Position numbers and translations under genes: made by a program. From positions 1 through 61,061 of the forward strand of contig JAYZLP010000002.1 of NCBI GenBank assembly GCA_036154155.1: a stretch of 61,061 nt of DNA, read 5' to 3'. Source of the stretch: Thermoplasmatota archaeon. GTDB taxonomy: Archaea; Thermoplasmatota; Poseidoniia; Poseidoniales; Thalassarchaeaceae. The notes below the pieces were generated by a model. It made no database searches. It had not been told where the DNA came from and saw only the letters and a program-made list of their open reading frames with translations. Positions 1 through 9,252 of this stretch are shown here, one piece after another; positions within the stretch are counted from its first letter, which is position 1, and each line of letters begins with the position of its first letter.

Positions 1-321
1 GCTCACACTGAGGACGACATTTGGGACCCAAAGGGGAACAAGAGGTCATCCGGTTTCCTGATGCACGAGAGGGAATGGTTCACGAGGCTCTTGGAGAGGG
101 GGTGGCACGATCTTCTCAGAATTCACGTTGGACCCCAGAAGGGCCCCTACACGTGGTGGTCAAACTTCCGAAGGGCAAGGGAGAGGGACAGGGGTTGGAG
201 GATTGACTACGTCCTTGCAAACGATGCAGCAAGGTCCCTGATGAAGTCAGCCGAGGTGATGAGGGAAGGGGGAATGGTCGTCTCCGACCACGCCCCAGTC
301 ATCGTCGACTTTGACTTGTGA
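1..321 (+). CDS. xth: Exodeoxyribonuclease III / AP endonuclease (ExoIII-APE family), 5'-truncated by the window edge
   Basis: Frame 1 is open from nt 1. The C-terminus ...RGWRIDYVLAN...VVSDHAPVIVDFDL carries the conserved RIDY and SDHxPV motifs of ExoIII-family nucleases. The N-terminus lies upstream of the window. Confidence 0.85.
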   Translation, partial: AHTEDDIWDPKGNKRSSGFLMHEREWFTRLLERGWHDLLRIHVGPQKGPYTWWSNFRRARERDRGWRIDYVLANDAARSLMKSAEVMREGGMVVSDHAPVIVDFDL

Positions 322-398
322 ACACTCCCGTAGGGAGTGATTTACGCTACTGAGGCGGCCAAGCCACCATTCAAGTGATGGAGTGCAGGCGAAGATGC

Positions 399-1193
399 AT
401 GGCTGATACCTTGCCAACTCGCCTTGAGAGAATCCTCCCAGGAGGAAGGGGAGTTTGGATTCCGATGGACCATGGCGCATCCAGCTACCCTGTAAGGGGC
501 CTCATGAACACCGATTCAGCAGTTGACGCAGTAATTTCAGGAGGAGCTGATGCGATAGTTTTGCAGAAGGGCCCATTGACCTATCACTCAGGCAGGAATG
601 GATGGGACGGGTACGTCTGTCACGTTTCCGTTTCTACTGTACATGGAGGAAATAGGTCACAAGACAAGGTATGCGTCGCTACGGCATCAGAGTCGAAGGA
701 ACGTGGCGCCATCGGGGTATCCGCCCAAGTGAATCTCGGCGACCAATATGAAAATCAGATGATAGAGAGAATGGGGAAACTAACAAGTCAGGCACACGGC
801 GAAGAAATGCCGGTTCTGGGAATGGTCTATCCAAGGGGCCCAAATCTGTCAATAGACGAAGACGACGTCACAGGCGGAACAGCTCACGCCGTCCGTTTGG
901 CTTGGGAGATGGGATGCCATGTAGCAAAGGTCCCATGGACAGGTTCGGCGGAATCATTCTCCAAGGTAGCTGAAGCTGCACCTATCCCTGTTCTAATTGC
1001 AGGCGGGCCCATGGGCGATGATTTCGAAAGTATCCTTTCCACGGTGGAGGAGGCCATGTCGGCAGGGTGCTCGGGAGTATGTATGGGCAGGCAAGTTTTC
1101 GGCTCAGATGATCCCGAATCCAGAGTGAAGGCCCTCAGGGCGGTGGTCCATGAGGGAAGGTCAGCATCAGAAGCATCTCTTCTGCTGAGGTGA
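399..1193 (+). CDS. aroA': 2-amino-3,7-dideoxy-D-threo-hept-6-ulosonate (ADH) synthase, DhnA-type class I aldolase
   Basis: TRLERILPGGRGVWIPMDHGASSYPVRGL...GADAIVLQKG resembles the MJ0400-type aldolase. The gene lies immediately upstream of DHQ synthase II. The longest ORF starts at GTG 375 / ATG 378, but ATG 399 fits homolog N-termini better. Confidence 0.8.
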   Translation: MADTLPTRLERILPGGRGVWIPMDHGASSYPVRGLMNTDSAVDAVISGGADAIVLQKGPLTYHSGRNGWDGYVCHVSVSTVHGGNRSQDKVCVATASESKERGAIGVSAQVNLGDQYENQMIERMGKLTSQAHGEEMPVLGMVYPRGPNLSIDEDDVTGGTAHAVRLAWEMGCHVAKVPWTGSAESFSKVAEAAPIPVLIAGGPMGDDFESILSTVEEAMSAGCSGVCMGRQVFGSDDPESRVKALRAVVHEGRSASEASLLLR

Positions 1194-1197
1194 TTCA

Positions 1198-2145
1198 ATG
1201 GAAATATGGATCGATGCAGATCTGTACGACTTTCCATCTTCTAACGATTCTGAATATCGGGTCTGGAGGGGCGACGATCCGGAAGTAGCAGCAGTCACTC
1301 TTGACGACTTCAAGGGTCAAGACGAGGCCGTATCCCTAGTGGGCATGATCCCCTGGATAATGGTAAGATGCTCCGATTGGAAGATGATTCCACTGGAGAA
1401 CCTAGTCGCAGCTGCCTCTGACAGCGGAACCAAGATAGCAGTCGCAATTTCAGAAGAAGTCGACATTCAAGGTGCCGCATTCGCCCTCGAGCACGGAGTT
1501 GACGCTGTTGTATTGCCCCCGGAGGTCCAAGCACCCGCTCTCTGGTCTTCAGCCAGATCAATCTCAAATTTGAAGGGGCCAAGAGTTAGCAAGCCAACCC
1601 CTCCGGAGCTATCGACAGCGATAGTTGACTCAATCTCCTCTGGAGGAGTAGGCGAAAGGGTGTGTGTGGACCTCATTGAGAGGTTGTCAGAAGGAGAGGG
1701 ATTGGCAATCGGGTCTTCATCCGCTTGCCTTTGCCTTGTCCACGGTGAGACCATTCCGTCTCAGTACGTCCCCTCTAGGCCATTCAGGATAAATGCCGGT
1801 GCAGTGCACTCGTACGTGATGATGGGAGACGGATCGACCAAGTACCTGAGCGAATTAAATTCAGGAGACGAGGTAGCAATCCACTCTGACAAGGGAACTA
1901 GTAGAATTGCCACAATAGGGAGACTAAAGGTCGAGAGAAGGCCGTTTCTCAGAATCTCGCTCAGATCAGGAAATGGGGATGGCCAGGTAATCGTTCAGCA
2001 AGCAGAGACAGTACGCCTGATCTCGGTAGAAGGAACCGCTATATCCGTGACCGAAATAAGTCCCGGAGACGAAATTATCGTCCTTAATGAGAGCAACATG
2101 CGCCACATCGGGAAACCGGTACAAGGGGAGGTCGATGAGAGATGA
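1198..2145 (+). CDS. aroB': 3-dehydroquinate synthase II (archaeal type)
   Basis: DWKMIPLENLVA, GERVCVD, RPFRINAGAVHSYV, TKYLSELNSGDEV, KVERRPF and QQAETVRL closely parallel M. jannaschii MJ1249-type DHQS-II. Confidence 0.9.
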   Translation: MEIWIDADLYDFPSSNDSEYRVWRGDDPEVAAVTLDDFKGQDEAVSLVGMIPWIMVRCSDWKMIPLENLVAAASDSGTKIAVAISEEVDIQGAAFALEHGVDAVVLPPEVQAPALWSSARSISNLKGPRVSKPTPPELSTAIVDSISSGGVGERVCVDLIERLSEGEGLAIGSSSACLCLVHGETIPSQYVPSRPFRINAGAVHSYVMMGDGSTKYLSELNSGDEVAIHSDKGTSRIATIGRLKVERRPFLRISLRSGNGDGQVIVQQAETVRLISVEGTAISVTEISPGDEIIVLNESNMRHIGKPVQGEVDER

Positions 2146-2999
2146 CCGTCTTGGGCTCAGGCACCGCCAACGGGGGAATTTCAATTCTTCATGCATTGGG
2201 TCTTGGAAGGGGCTGCTCAGTCGCCATCGACCTAACTACAACTGTAAATGTCCACGACGAGCCCATTGAACTGCATAATGACCAACACGGACTTCTTGAC
2301 GAGATCCTACGATGTTGGACTGAGAAGGGCCTGCCAACTCCTAGCACGGTTGGTTGGGAGGTTCTGAGCAATGTTCCTGCCGGACAAGGGCTGAAGTCAA
2401 GCGCGGCTCTCGCTTGTGCCGCGATAAGGGCATTGAATGAGGCTTCATGGGCCGGCCTTTCTGACTCAGAGGTAGTCGATATGGCAGTCGATTCTCAGAT
2501 TAACTGTGGTTGCTCTGTGACAGGTAGCATGGATGATGCATGGGCCGCTGTGGAACCAGGATGGAAGCTGGTGGATCCAAGACTTCCGGCGTCAGAATCA
2601 GTTCTCTTTGAGGGCGTGGTCGATGATGATCTGGCCGTGCTGGTAGTCCTGCGTGGAGAGAGGGCGGCAGAAGTGACTGCCGAATCATTCTCCGAAAATA
2701 AGCATCTCTTTGAGAGAGCGCTTGCTTCCCTGACGAACGGCTCCATCATGGATGCTCTTTCGTCTAATGGAATGGCCGTAGCTTCATCCACCGATGACTT
2801 TGAGGCGCTAAGAACATGCAATCTCGCAATCGCTTCAGGGGCTTTAGCAGCTGGATTGAGCGGTTCCGGGCCAGCAATAGCAGTTGTTTGCTATCCAATC
2901 GATGTGCATAATATTCGCAATAGCTTGGAGCAAAAGGGATTGGAGGTTATGGAAACTAGCTTCGCAATTTCCGAAGTGGCTAAGGAGGAGGTCAGGTAA
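2142..2999 (+). CDS. Shikimate kinase, archaeal GHMP-kinase type
   Basis: Carries the GHMP motif VPAGQGLKSSAALACAA and the C-terminal AAGLSGSGPAIAVV. It sits between DHQS-II and chorismate synthase. Its start overlaps the upstream stop (ATGA). Confidence 0.8.
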   Translation: MTVLGSGTANGGISILHALGLGRGCSVAIDLTTTVNVHDEPIELHNDQHGLLDEILRCWTEKGLPTPSTVGWEVLSNVPAGQGLKSSAALACAAIRALNEASWAGLSDSEVVDMAVDSQINCGCSVTGSMDDAWAAVEPGWKLVDPRLPASESVLFEGVVDDDLAVLVVLRGERAAEVTAESFSENKHLFERALASLTNGSIMDALSSNGMAVASSTDDFEALRTCNLAIASGALAAGLSGSGPAIAVVCYPIDVHNIRNSLEQKGLEVMETSFAISEVAKEEVR

Positions 3000-4105
3000 T
3001 GGGAATGGGATTGGGAGAAAGACTCAGGATTACCCTATTCGGGGAGAGTCATGGCACATGCGTTGGGGCATTGGTAGAGGGAATCCCACCAGGGACACCT
3101 ATGGACCCTGAGGCCCTATCAAGGGAGATCGACAGGAGAAGGCCAGGTAGAAAGGGGCTCTCTTCTAGGAAGGAGACGGACGAATGTCAGATTCTCTCCG
3201 GCGTCTATGAGGGAAAGGCAACTGGATGGCCAATCCTGATGCTTACCATGAATTCCGACGTCCGTTCATCGGACTATTCGTTCCTCCCCGACCACCCTCG
3301 TCCGGGTCATGCTGACATGGTTGAGATGGTGAGATCGGAGGGATCCAGTGATCTCCGAGGAGGAGGGTCACAATCCGCCCGTCTGACGTTCGGCATGGTC
3401 GCTGCAGGGAGTCAGGCAAAGTCGCTCCTCGATCAGGCAGGGTGGTCTTGCCGGGCGCACCTCCACAGCGTGGGCGATGTCAAATCCCGCCCCCTATTCC
3501 AACTTGACAGAGATTCTGAGTTAGAATCAGGCTCTGACATGGCTAGGTTGAATTGCAGAGATCCAGATGCAGCAGGGAGGATTTCAGAATTCATAGAGTC
3601 CGTGAGGATGGATAAGGACAGCGTCGGGTCAGTGGTAGAGTTGCTGATTGAGGGAGTGCCCATGGGAGTGGGGGAACCTTGGTTCGATGGAGTTGAACCA
3701 TCACTGGCCCGTGCAATGATGGCGATACCCGGGGCCAGAGCCGTGGAATTCTCTCATGGCGTCGAGTCATCCAGGATGAGAGGCTCTAACCATAACGACC
3801 TGTGGCTTTCAGAGGGTGGCTCCCCCGTTCTTGAGGGAGCGTCTTCGGGGGAGGCCGACGGATCCCTTGGAGGCAGGTCTACAGGGGCCCCGATAAGGGT
3901 CAAGGTCCACTTCAAACCTCCAAGCAGCTTCCCTCGTGAGCAACTAACCCTTCACTTGCCCAGTGGCGATCTGATGCCCCTTGAGGTCGGGGGTAGGCAT
4001 GACCCCGTACTGGGGCCTAGGGCCGTACCAGTCGTGGAAGCCGCTGGAATACTTGTGATGGCTGATCTAGGCCTGATGGGCGGCTTCATAGGGCCCGATG
4101 AATGA
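2999..4105 (+). CDS. aroC: Chorismate synthase
   Basis: RITLFGESHGTCVGALVEGIPPG, RPGHAD and GGGSQSAR are canonical AroC signatures. The start overlaps the upstream TAA by 1 nt. Confidence 0.92.
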   Translation: MGMGLGERLRITLFGESHGTCVGALVEGIPPGTPMDPEALSREIDRRRPGRKGLSSRKETDECQILSGVYEGKATGWPILMLTMNSDVRSSDYSFLPDHPRPGHADMVEMVRSEGSSDLRGGGSQSARLTFGMVAAGSQAKSLLDQAGWSCRAHLHSVGDVKSRPLFQLDRDSELESGSDMARLNCRDPDAAGRISEFIESVRMDKDSVGSVVELLIEGVPMGVGEPWFDGVEPSLARAMMAIPGARAVEFSHGVESSRMRGSNHNDLWLSEGGSPVLEGASSGEADGSLGGRSTGAPIRVKVHFKPPSSFPREQLTLHLPSGDLMPLEVGGRHDPVLGPRAVPVVEAAGILVMADLGLMGGFIGPDE

Positions 4106-4108
4106 ACC

Positions 4109-5041
4109 CTATGCGTTTCTTTCTCTCATCTGCTGCACCCTAAGTGGCAGATTGACCGCGAACATCGCGGCTATTACAACGAAAACGATTACCGTCCCCA
4201 GGGCAACACCGTACACACTCGTCAACTCGACGCTTTCCTTCAGCCGTAAGGCGGAGACGTCATCGAAAATACCCACTATTGCAGGGATGATGAGGTTGAT
4301 CAGGAGAGTCATTAGTGCCACAGCACCAGCTATTGCTGGGGCTAGGGCCAGAGATGTGTGGTACTTCCTGGTAATCTTGTTTACTCCCATGACATAGACC
4401 TCGTTCATCCTGATTGATGTGTCGAGCATGGAGAATCTGATTACCCCGCTTGACAACTCCATGTACATGACAAGGAAAACAGCGTACAGGATGAGGATGA
4501 ATTTTTGCACGATCTCGCTTTCTGGGACGACGTCGAGCCTGAACTCGACAGTGCTCCCAGCGAACCTTATTGTCACCAGGATGAGCGCGACGTAGGAGAT
4601 TAGCATCGCTCGCCTATCCCTCTGGAAGGTCCCGTAGACGCCTCCGATTAGTCCAATTGCTATGAGAAGCAAGTGGAAAACACCGGCAGCGACACCCAAT
4701 CCTAGTGCGTTCGAAGCAGCGAACCAAGCTGTGCCCGAGACAGGGGTGATCATGAACGTGAGGAAGCTGAGTATCAACAAAGAGCCGGCCGAACCAGCTT
4801 GCAGGGAAGAGACCATCCTGTCAGGAGGCAGGAACTTGTCCTTGGAAACCACAGGTCCTCCGAAGAAGGACTCGATGAAGCTAGGAACGTGAATCTCTGG
4901 GATGGCGTCCTGCGGTATCTCCGTGTTGGACTTCAGTCGTCCAGCTGCCTTCCTCCTACTGGGGGCGGAAGACCTGACCTTCTTCCCCTCGTACAGGTGC
5001 GCAGTGTCGCTAGAACCCTCGACCTTCACATCATCAGCCAT
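4109..5041 (-). CDS. Polytopic membrane protein, family not recognised; last gene of the MoxR operon
   Basis: 310-aa ORF with a basic N-terminal tail and about 6 hydrophobic helices. It starts 11 nt downstream of the DUF58 gene on the same strand. Confidence 0.6.
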   Translation of the reverse strand: MADDVKVEGSSDTAHLYEGKKVRSSAPSRRKAAGRLKSNTEIPQDAIPEIHVPSFIESFFGGPVVSKDKFLPPDRMVSSLQAGSAGSLLILSFLTFMITPVSGTAWFAASNALGLGVAAGVFHLLLIAIGLIGGVYGTFQRDRRAMLISYVALILVTIRFAGSTVEFRLDVVPESEIVQKFILILYAVFLVMYMELSSGVIRFSMLDTSIRMNEVYVMGVNKITRKYHTSLALAPAIAGAVALMTLLINLIIPAIVGIFDDVSALRLKESVELTSVYGVALGTVIVFVVIAAMFAVNLPLRVQQMRERNA

Positions 5042-5051
5042 GTTCTACACC

Positions 5052-6371
5052 TCAGAAACCCCTCGCCCCTGCTAAGGCGGTATTCAGCATCATGTCAGGC
5101 TCCCAGTCCATGACGAATGCACCAAGTCCCCTCAACTCGCTCATCAGAATGTCACGTTCGGTCTTGAGAACCTCGTAACCGGTCCTGTCAAGCCTCCTAG
5201 CGTCGAATTCGAATTCAAGGCTGCTAGGGGAAAGAACGGTTACATCGAAGTTTCTTGCCCTTAGATCACGAACTGCGTCAACAATCGTGGGATCGTCTTC
5301 CAGTGGGCTGAGGATGATAATCGGGCTGCCTCTGTTAATGTGGGGCATTATTCTATTTGTGACGACTTTGAGGGGGGTGTTGCCCTTTGCCATTGCACCG
5401 GCTAGCTTGGTAAGTAGGACGTACAGCTGCTTCTTGCCAGTATCCCTGTCGACGGAAACGATCTCATCGCTGTAAACCACTAGGCCAACTGAGTCCCTTC
5501 TAGACAAGAAGTACTGGGACAGACTGGCCGCGGCCCTAGTGCTGTAGACCAATGAGTTCCTGCTTACAGGACCGGTCTCGCTAACGCCCCTGCTGTCAAT
5601 GATCAGAATGATGTCGCTAACGGCGTCACGCTCGTACTCGTTAACCATCATCTTACCTCCGCTCCTAGCGGTAGCCGCCCAGTTGACCTTCTTCATTGGG
5701 TCACCAGGGATGTACTCACGGAGGTTGTAGAAGTTTGATCCTTCCCCGGGATTCCTTATGTTCACCGCACCAGTGAAAATCTTGGGTACCCTACTCTTAA
5801 TCAGAGCGTCCTTGATGTCCTCCATCTTGGGGAACACCAGGAAGTCATCATAGAGGTTGATCTCTCTTTCATTGTGGAAAAGCCCGAAGGCGTCCTGAAC
5901 GCGAACGCACACTGGGCCTATTGTGTAGAATCCCCTCAGAGGTGTCTCTATCGTGTAAGAGATGGTGGTTTCCCTCTGCGGCCCCAATTCCATGAGGACA
6001 TAGTTCGCCCCCTTCTTTATCCTCATCACCTCTGGTACCCTGTCTCGGACCTCGATAATCTTCGATAGATTCGATCGGTTCTGGAGCCTAAGCGTCACTT
6101 CTATTTCCCCATCTTCGAAAATCCTAGCCGAGGATATCTTCCTTAGCGCCACTATGCTGTTCAGTTGGATCCCTTCGTCGGAGTCAGCATCCTCGACCCT
6201 CCTGCCGGAGGAAGAAACGTCCGCATGGTTGGACATGAAGGCAGCCCATGTTAGGAATGAAAGCAGCACCACCGCCACGGTAACTAGCTGCTGGTTCCTG
6301 AGGACTAGCCCAAGGAGGTAGAGCGCGATAGCCAGCGATGCGAACATCGCTGACTTCCTGCTCCACGCCAT
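5052..6371 (-). CDS. DUF58 family protein (vWA-like, MoxR-associated), N-terminal 2-TM anchor
   Basis: FYNLREYIPGDPMKKVNWAATARSGGKMMVNEYE is the DUF58 signature. The gene directly follows the MoxR ATPase. ATG 6371 was chosen; the longest ORF begins at TTG 6404. Confidence 0.8.
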   Translation of the reverse strand: MAWSRKSAMFASLAIALYLLGLVLRNQQLVTVAVVLLSFLTWAAFMSNHADVSSSGRRVEDADSDEGIQLNSIVALRKISSARIFEDGEIEVTLRLQNRSNLSKIIEVRDRVPEVMRIKKGANYVLMELGPQRETTISYTIETPLRGFYTIGPVCVRVQDAFGLFHNEREINLYDDFLVFPKMEDIKDALIKSRVPKIFTGAVNIRNPGEGSNFYNLREYIPGDPMKKVNWAATARSGGKMMVNEYERDAVSDIILIIDSRGVSETGPVSRNSLVYSTRAAASLSQYFLSRRDSVGLVVYSDEIVSVDRDTGKKQLYVLLTKLAGAMAKGNTPLKVVTNRIMPHINRGSPIIILSPLEDDPTIVDAVRDLRARNFDVTVLSPSSLEFEFDARRLDRTGYEVLKTERDILMSELRGLGAFVMDWEPDMMLNTALAGARGF

Positions 6372-6405
6372 CTTGACACCTCTCACAATCTGCCTAGAAA
6401 CCAAC

Positions 6406-7455
6406 TCAGACGGTTGGTACTGGGACCTGCCTGAGGATGTCGGAAATGACTTCCTCGTTCTCTAGGCCCTTTATCTGGTGTTCTGGCTTCAGGATTAGCC
6501 TGTGTGAGACTGCTAGAACTGCAACTGCCTTCACGTCATCTGGTGTGATGAAGTCACGTCCACTCATGGCCGCTGCGGCCCTGCTAGTCTTCAGTAGTGC
6601 CTGGGAGCCACGAGGGGAGGATCCTACGAGTACGCGGGGGTCCTCTCTCGTCCTAGTCACTATCTCGACCATGTACATCCTAACTGCCGGGTCGACATAC
6701 ACCTCTTCGCATGCCTGCTGCATAGCAACAACACGTGCAGGGTCGGTAATCGTCTCAACCTCAACCTCGTCCTTCTTCCTAGCAACACGTCGAGCTAGGA
6801 TCTCATCCTCGTCAGCTCGGTTTGGATATCCAACGCTCATCTTGAACATGAACCTGTCCAATTGAGCTTCTGGAAGTGGGTAGGTACCTTCCTGCTCGAC
6901 AGGATTCTGCGTTGCCATTGTAAGGAACGGAGCAGGTAGCTTGTGCGTTACAACTCCAATGGTTACTTGCTTCTCCTGCATCGCCTCAAGGAGAGCGGCC
7001 TGTGTCTTTGGAGGTGCTCTGTTAATCTCGTCCGAAAGAAGAAGATTGCAGAAAATCGGCCCGGGCTTGAATGTGAACTCGCCCTTCTTCGCATCGTAGA
7101 TGTTTGTTCCTGTGATATCTGCAGGCAGCAGGTCAGGGGTGAATTGTACCCTCTTGAAATCGCATCCCAGCGCATCGGCGAAGGTGTTCGTCATCAGGGT
7201 CTTGGCCAGTCCGGGATAGTCCTCGAAAAGGAGGTTCCCATTTGAGAGGATGTTCACGAGAACGTTATCGATAACGTGGGACTTTCCGATGATGACCTTC
7301 TGCACTTCTGCGCTGATGGCCTCTCCGATTCTTCCCACGGCTTCTAACTTCTTGTCAACCTTCTTTGAACCGCGAGCTTTGGCTGCCTTCTCTTCGTAGC
7401 CCTTGCTTACGGCGTCTGCTGGTGGTGCTTTATCTGCTGGTGGCGGTGCGTTCAT
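6406..7455 (-). CDS. MoxR-family AAA+ ATPase
   Basis: LLFEDYPGLAKTLMTNTFADALGCDFKRVQFTPDLLPADITGT and LLSDEINRAPPKTQAALLEAMQE (Walker A/B region, AAA_3 type). The C-terminal lid region is typical of MoxR. Confidence 0.9.
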   Translation of the reverse strand: MNAPPPADKAPPADAVSKGYEEKAAKARGSKKVDKKLEAVGRIGEAISAEVQKVIIGKSHVIDNVLVNILSNGNLLFEDYPGLAKTLMTNTFADALGCDFKRVQFTPDLLPADITGTNIYDAKKGEFTFKPGPIFCNLLLSDEINRAPPKTQAALLEAMQEKQVTIGVVTHKLPAPFLTMATQNPVEQEGTYPLPEAQLDRFMFKMSVGYPNRADEDEILARRVARKKDEVEVETITDPARVVAMQQACEEVYVDPAVRMYMVEIVTRTREDPRVLVGSSPRGSQALLKTSRAAAAMSGRDFITPDDVKAVAVLAVSHRLILKPEHQIKGLENEEVISDILRQVPVPTV

Positions 7456-7500
7456 ACTAATCTCTCCAGTTTATCTTTGCTTTTCTCAATTTTGCTTGTC

Positions 7501-9093
7501 TTATTTTGCTCCACCCCACCGTCTAATGGCCTTCATGAGCTCTCTGAGCTCTTGGGGGGAGTACTTCTTTTCCTTCGAATAAGCTAGCTCTACTAGCCTA
7601 GGATTGCCTATCATGCCCTGTATCTTGGAGGGCTCCATCAGTGCCATCTCATCCCTGGTTAGGTCATGGTGAACCCGGATTTTGGTGAATAGGGCCTGCT
7701 GGACTCTCTGCCTATAACTGGAGGGGTCCAGCTTGTTGGGCCTCTCGGCGAATCTTGTCAGATCGAAAACGTGCCTCCAGTTCTCCTTCTCGGGAACGAT
7801 CATCATCGCAACCAGCAGTAACAAACCAACATTCAGTACTACTAGCCACTTCAGGAACGTGTTCGATGTCAGCAATACTACTGTGCCCATGGCCTCGACG
7901 AATGGGGCGGACACTATTCCTGTAACGTGCCTGCTTTCGTCGAAAACAATTTGGAAGTTCGAGAAGTCGTCTTTGACCTCGCCAGACAGCTTCTGGTTGT
8001 CGAACTCCATCATAGAGTGTATCAGGAGTTTGAAGTAATCCTCATTCCCGTTCCACTGGGACCCCTCTGTGTTTTCAAACTCATCATTCCAGCAGCTTTG
8101 GTAGGCCCCTTCAACCTCACAGACCTTTGGTATTCCATATTCTTCCCCCACTTGGTCATCCCAAAGTAAGTTGGAGAAAGCCTCTGGGTCTGAGACGAAT
8201 ACTATGCTGCCAGTAACATCAAGCTCGCCCGTGTTACCACCCACTAGGCTACCCTGGCCGCTTCTGACTTTGTCATACACCGAAACACCAGGGTAGTCGA
8301 CTCTTATCATCAGGGACAGATCCCCTGGGGCTGGATTTCTGTAGTCGCTGGAGTCACCATTTCCTGCTAGGTCGATGAATGCGGAAGGGGACGCCTTTGC
8401 GATTCTCGTAACTAACCTGTGGTCCGGGTTATCCCTGTCCATCTCGGTCTGCTCAAATTTCAGACCAGTTGGGTTCCTGAATAATACCGGCAGTGCGCAT
8501 CCGTCATTGTACTGTGAAATCTCGAATGTAGAGCATCCATCGTTGCCAGCATCAGCTGCTTCTTCCTCGAAGGTGCCTACACTCCAAACGTTGCTCCACG
8601 AGTACTCCTTCATTCCGTCATTGTTTGGCTCGGTTACGTAGTATTGGTTCTCGTCAAGCAGAGGCGCATCGAAGTAAGTCACCCCGAATCTATTCGCAAG
8701 CCTGTTTGCATTCGTATCGTCAGCCGCTACTATCACTTTCCCGCCGCGCTCAGTAACGAAATCGTAAATCGAGTCCGCCTCTGTCTCGTCTATCGGTTTC
8801 TCGGGGGCTATGATCAGAAGCATCGTCCTGTGGGGGTATTTCCAGTCGTTCACAAGCATGGGCGTGGACATCGTATTCGCAACGAAATACTCGTCTGGCT
8901 TCTCTTCCAAGCTATCCCTCATGTCCGAAAGCTGGGCCAATCCCTCGTAGTCCCCATCTTGGGAATATGCAGAGTATTGTGTGGATTTTCCAATCACGAA
9001 AATCATAGGGAGGAGCAGTAGAAGTATGGCCGTAACGGAGAGCGACCAAATGACGTAGGTCGCGAAGTCTCGGCTGCCTTCTTCATCTTCCAT
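7501..9093 (-). CDS. Membrane-anchored extracytoplasmic protein, DUF4350-like; first gene of the MoxR operon
   Basis: Has an N-terminal TM, a large acidic ectodomain containing LLIIAPEKPIDETEADSIYDFVTERGGKVIVAADD (DUF4350-like), a second TM near residue 410 and a cytoplasmic tail. The operon context with MoxR and DUF58 supports the call. Confidence 0.6.
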   Translation of the reverse strand: MEDEEGSRDFATYVIWSLSVTAILLLLLPMIFVIGKSTQYSAYSQDGDYEGLAQLSDMRDSLEEKPDEYFVANTMSTPMLVNDWKYPHRTMLLIIAPEKPIDETEADSIYDFVTERGGKVIVAADDTNANRLANRFGVTYFDAPLLDENQYYVTEPNNDGMKEYSWSNVWSVGTFEEEAADAGNDGCSTFEISQYNDGCALPVLFRNPTGLKFEQTEMDRDNPDHRLVTRIAKASPSAFIDLAGNGDSSDYRNPAPGDLSLMIRVDYPGVSVYDKVRSGQGSLVGGNTGELDVTGSIVFVSDPEAFSNLLWDDQVGEEYGIPKVCEVEGAYQSCWNDEFENTEGSQWNGNEDYFKLLIHSMMEFDNQKLSGEVKDDFSNFQIVFDESRHVTGIVSAPFVEAMGTVVLLTSNTFLKWLVVLNVGLLLLVAMMIVPEKENWRHVFDLTRFAERPNKLDPSSYRQRVQQALFTKIRVHHDLTRDEMALMEPSKIQGMIGNPRLVELAYSKEKKYSPQELRELMKAIRRWGGAK

Positions 9094-9125
9094 TTCAATA
9101 ACCAGCCCCGAATTAAGTCTGTAAC

Positions 9126-9237
9126 CAGCACCTACGGTGCTGTGCGGAGCGTGATTCTACAATTATATGTTCGGGTAAATAGTTTCCGCCAATACTTAGA
9201 ATATCTAAGCAGTGATGTTTTTTTACATTTGTAGAAT
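9126..9237. repeat. Cluster of inverted repeats in the 159-nt AT-rich spacer upstream of the MoxR operon
   Basis: Hairpin CAGCACC-TAC-GGTGCTG (9126-9142). Palindrome CTTAGA-ATA-TCTAAG (9195-9209). The 9-mer ATTCTACAA (9154-9162) has its reverse complement at 9229-9237. Confidence 0.55.
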
Positions 9238-9252
9238 ATTCGCAATATCGGC

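Noticed and set aside
21-206. 61-aa ORF in an alternative frame at the window start
   Set aside because: It overlaps the exonuclease III reading frame, which has clear homology motifs. It is a spurious alternate-frame ORF.
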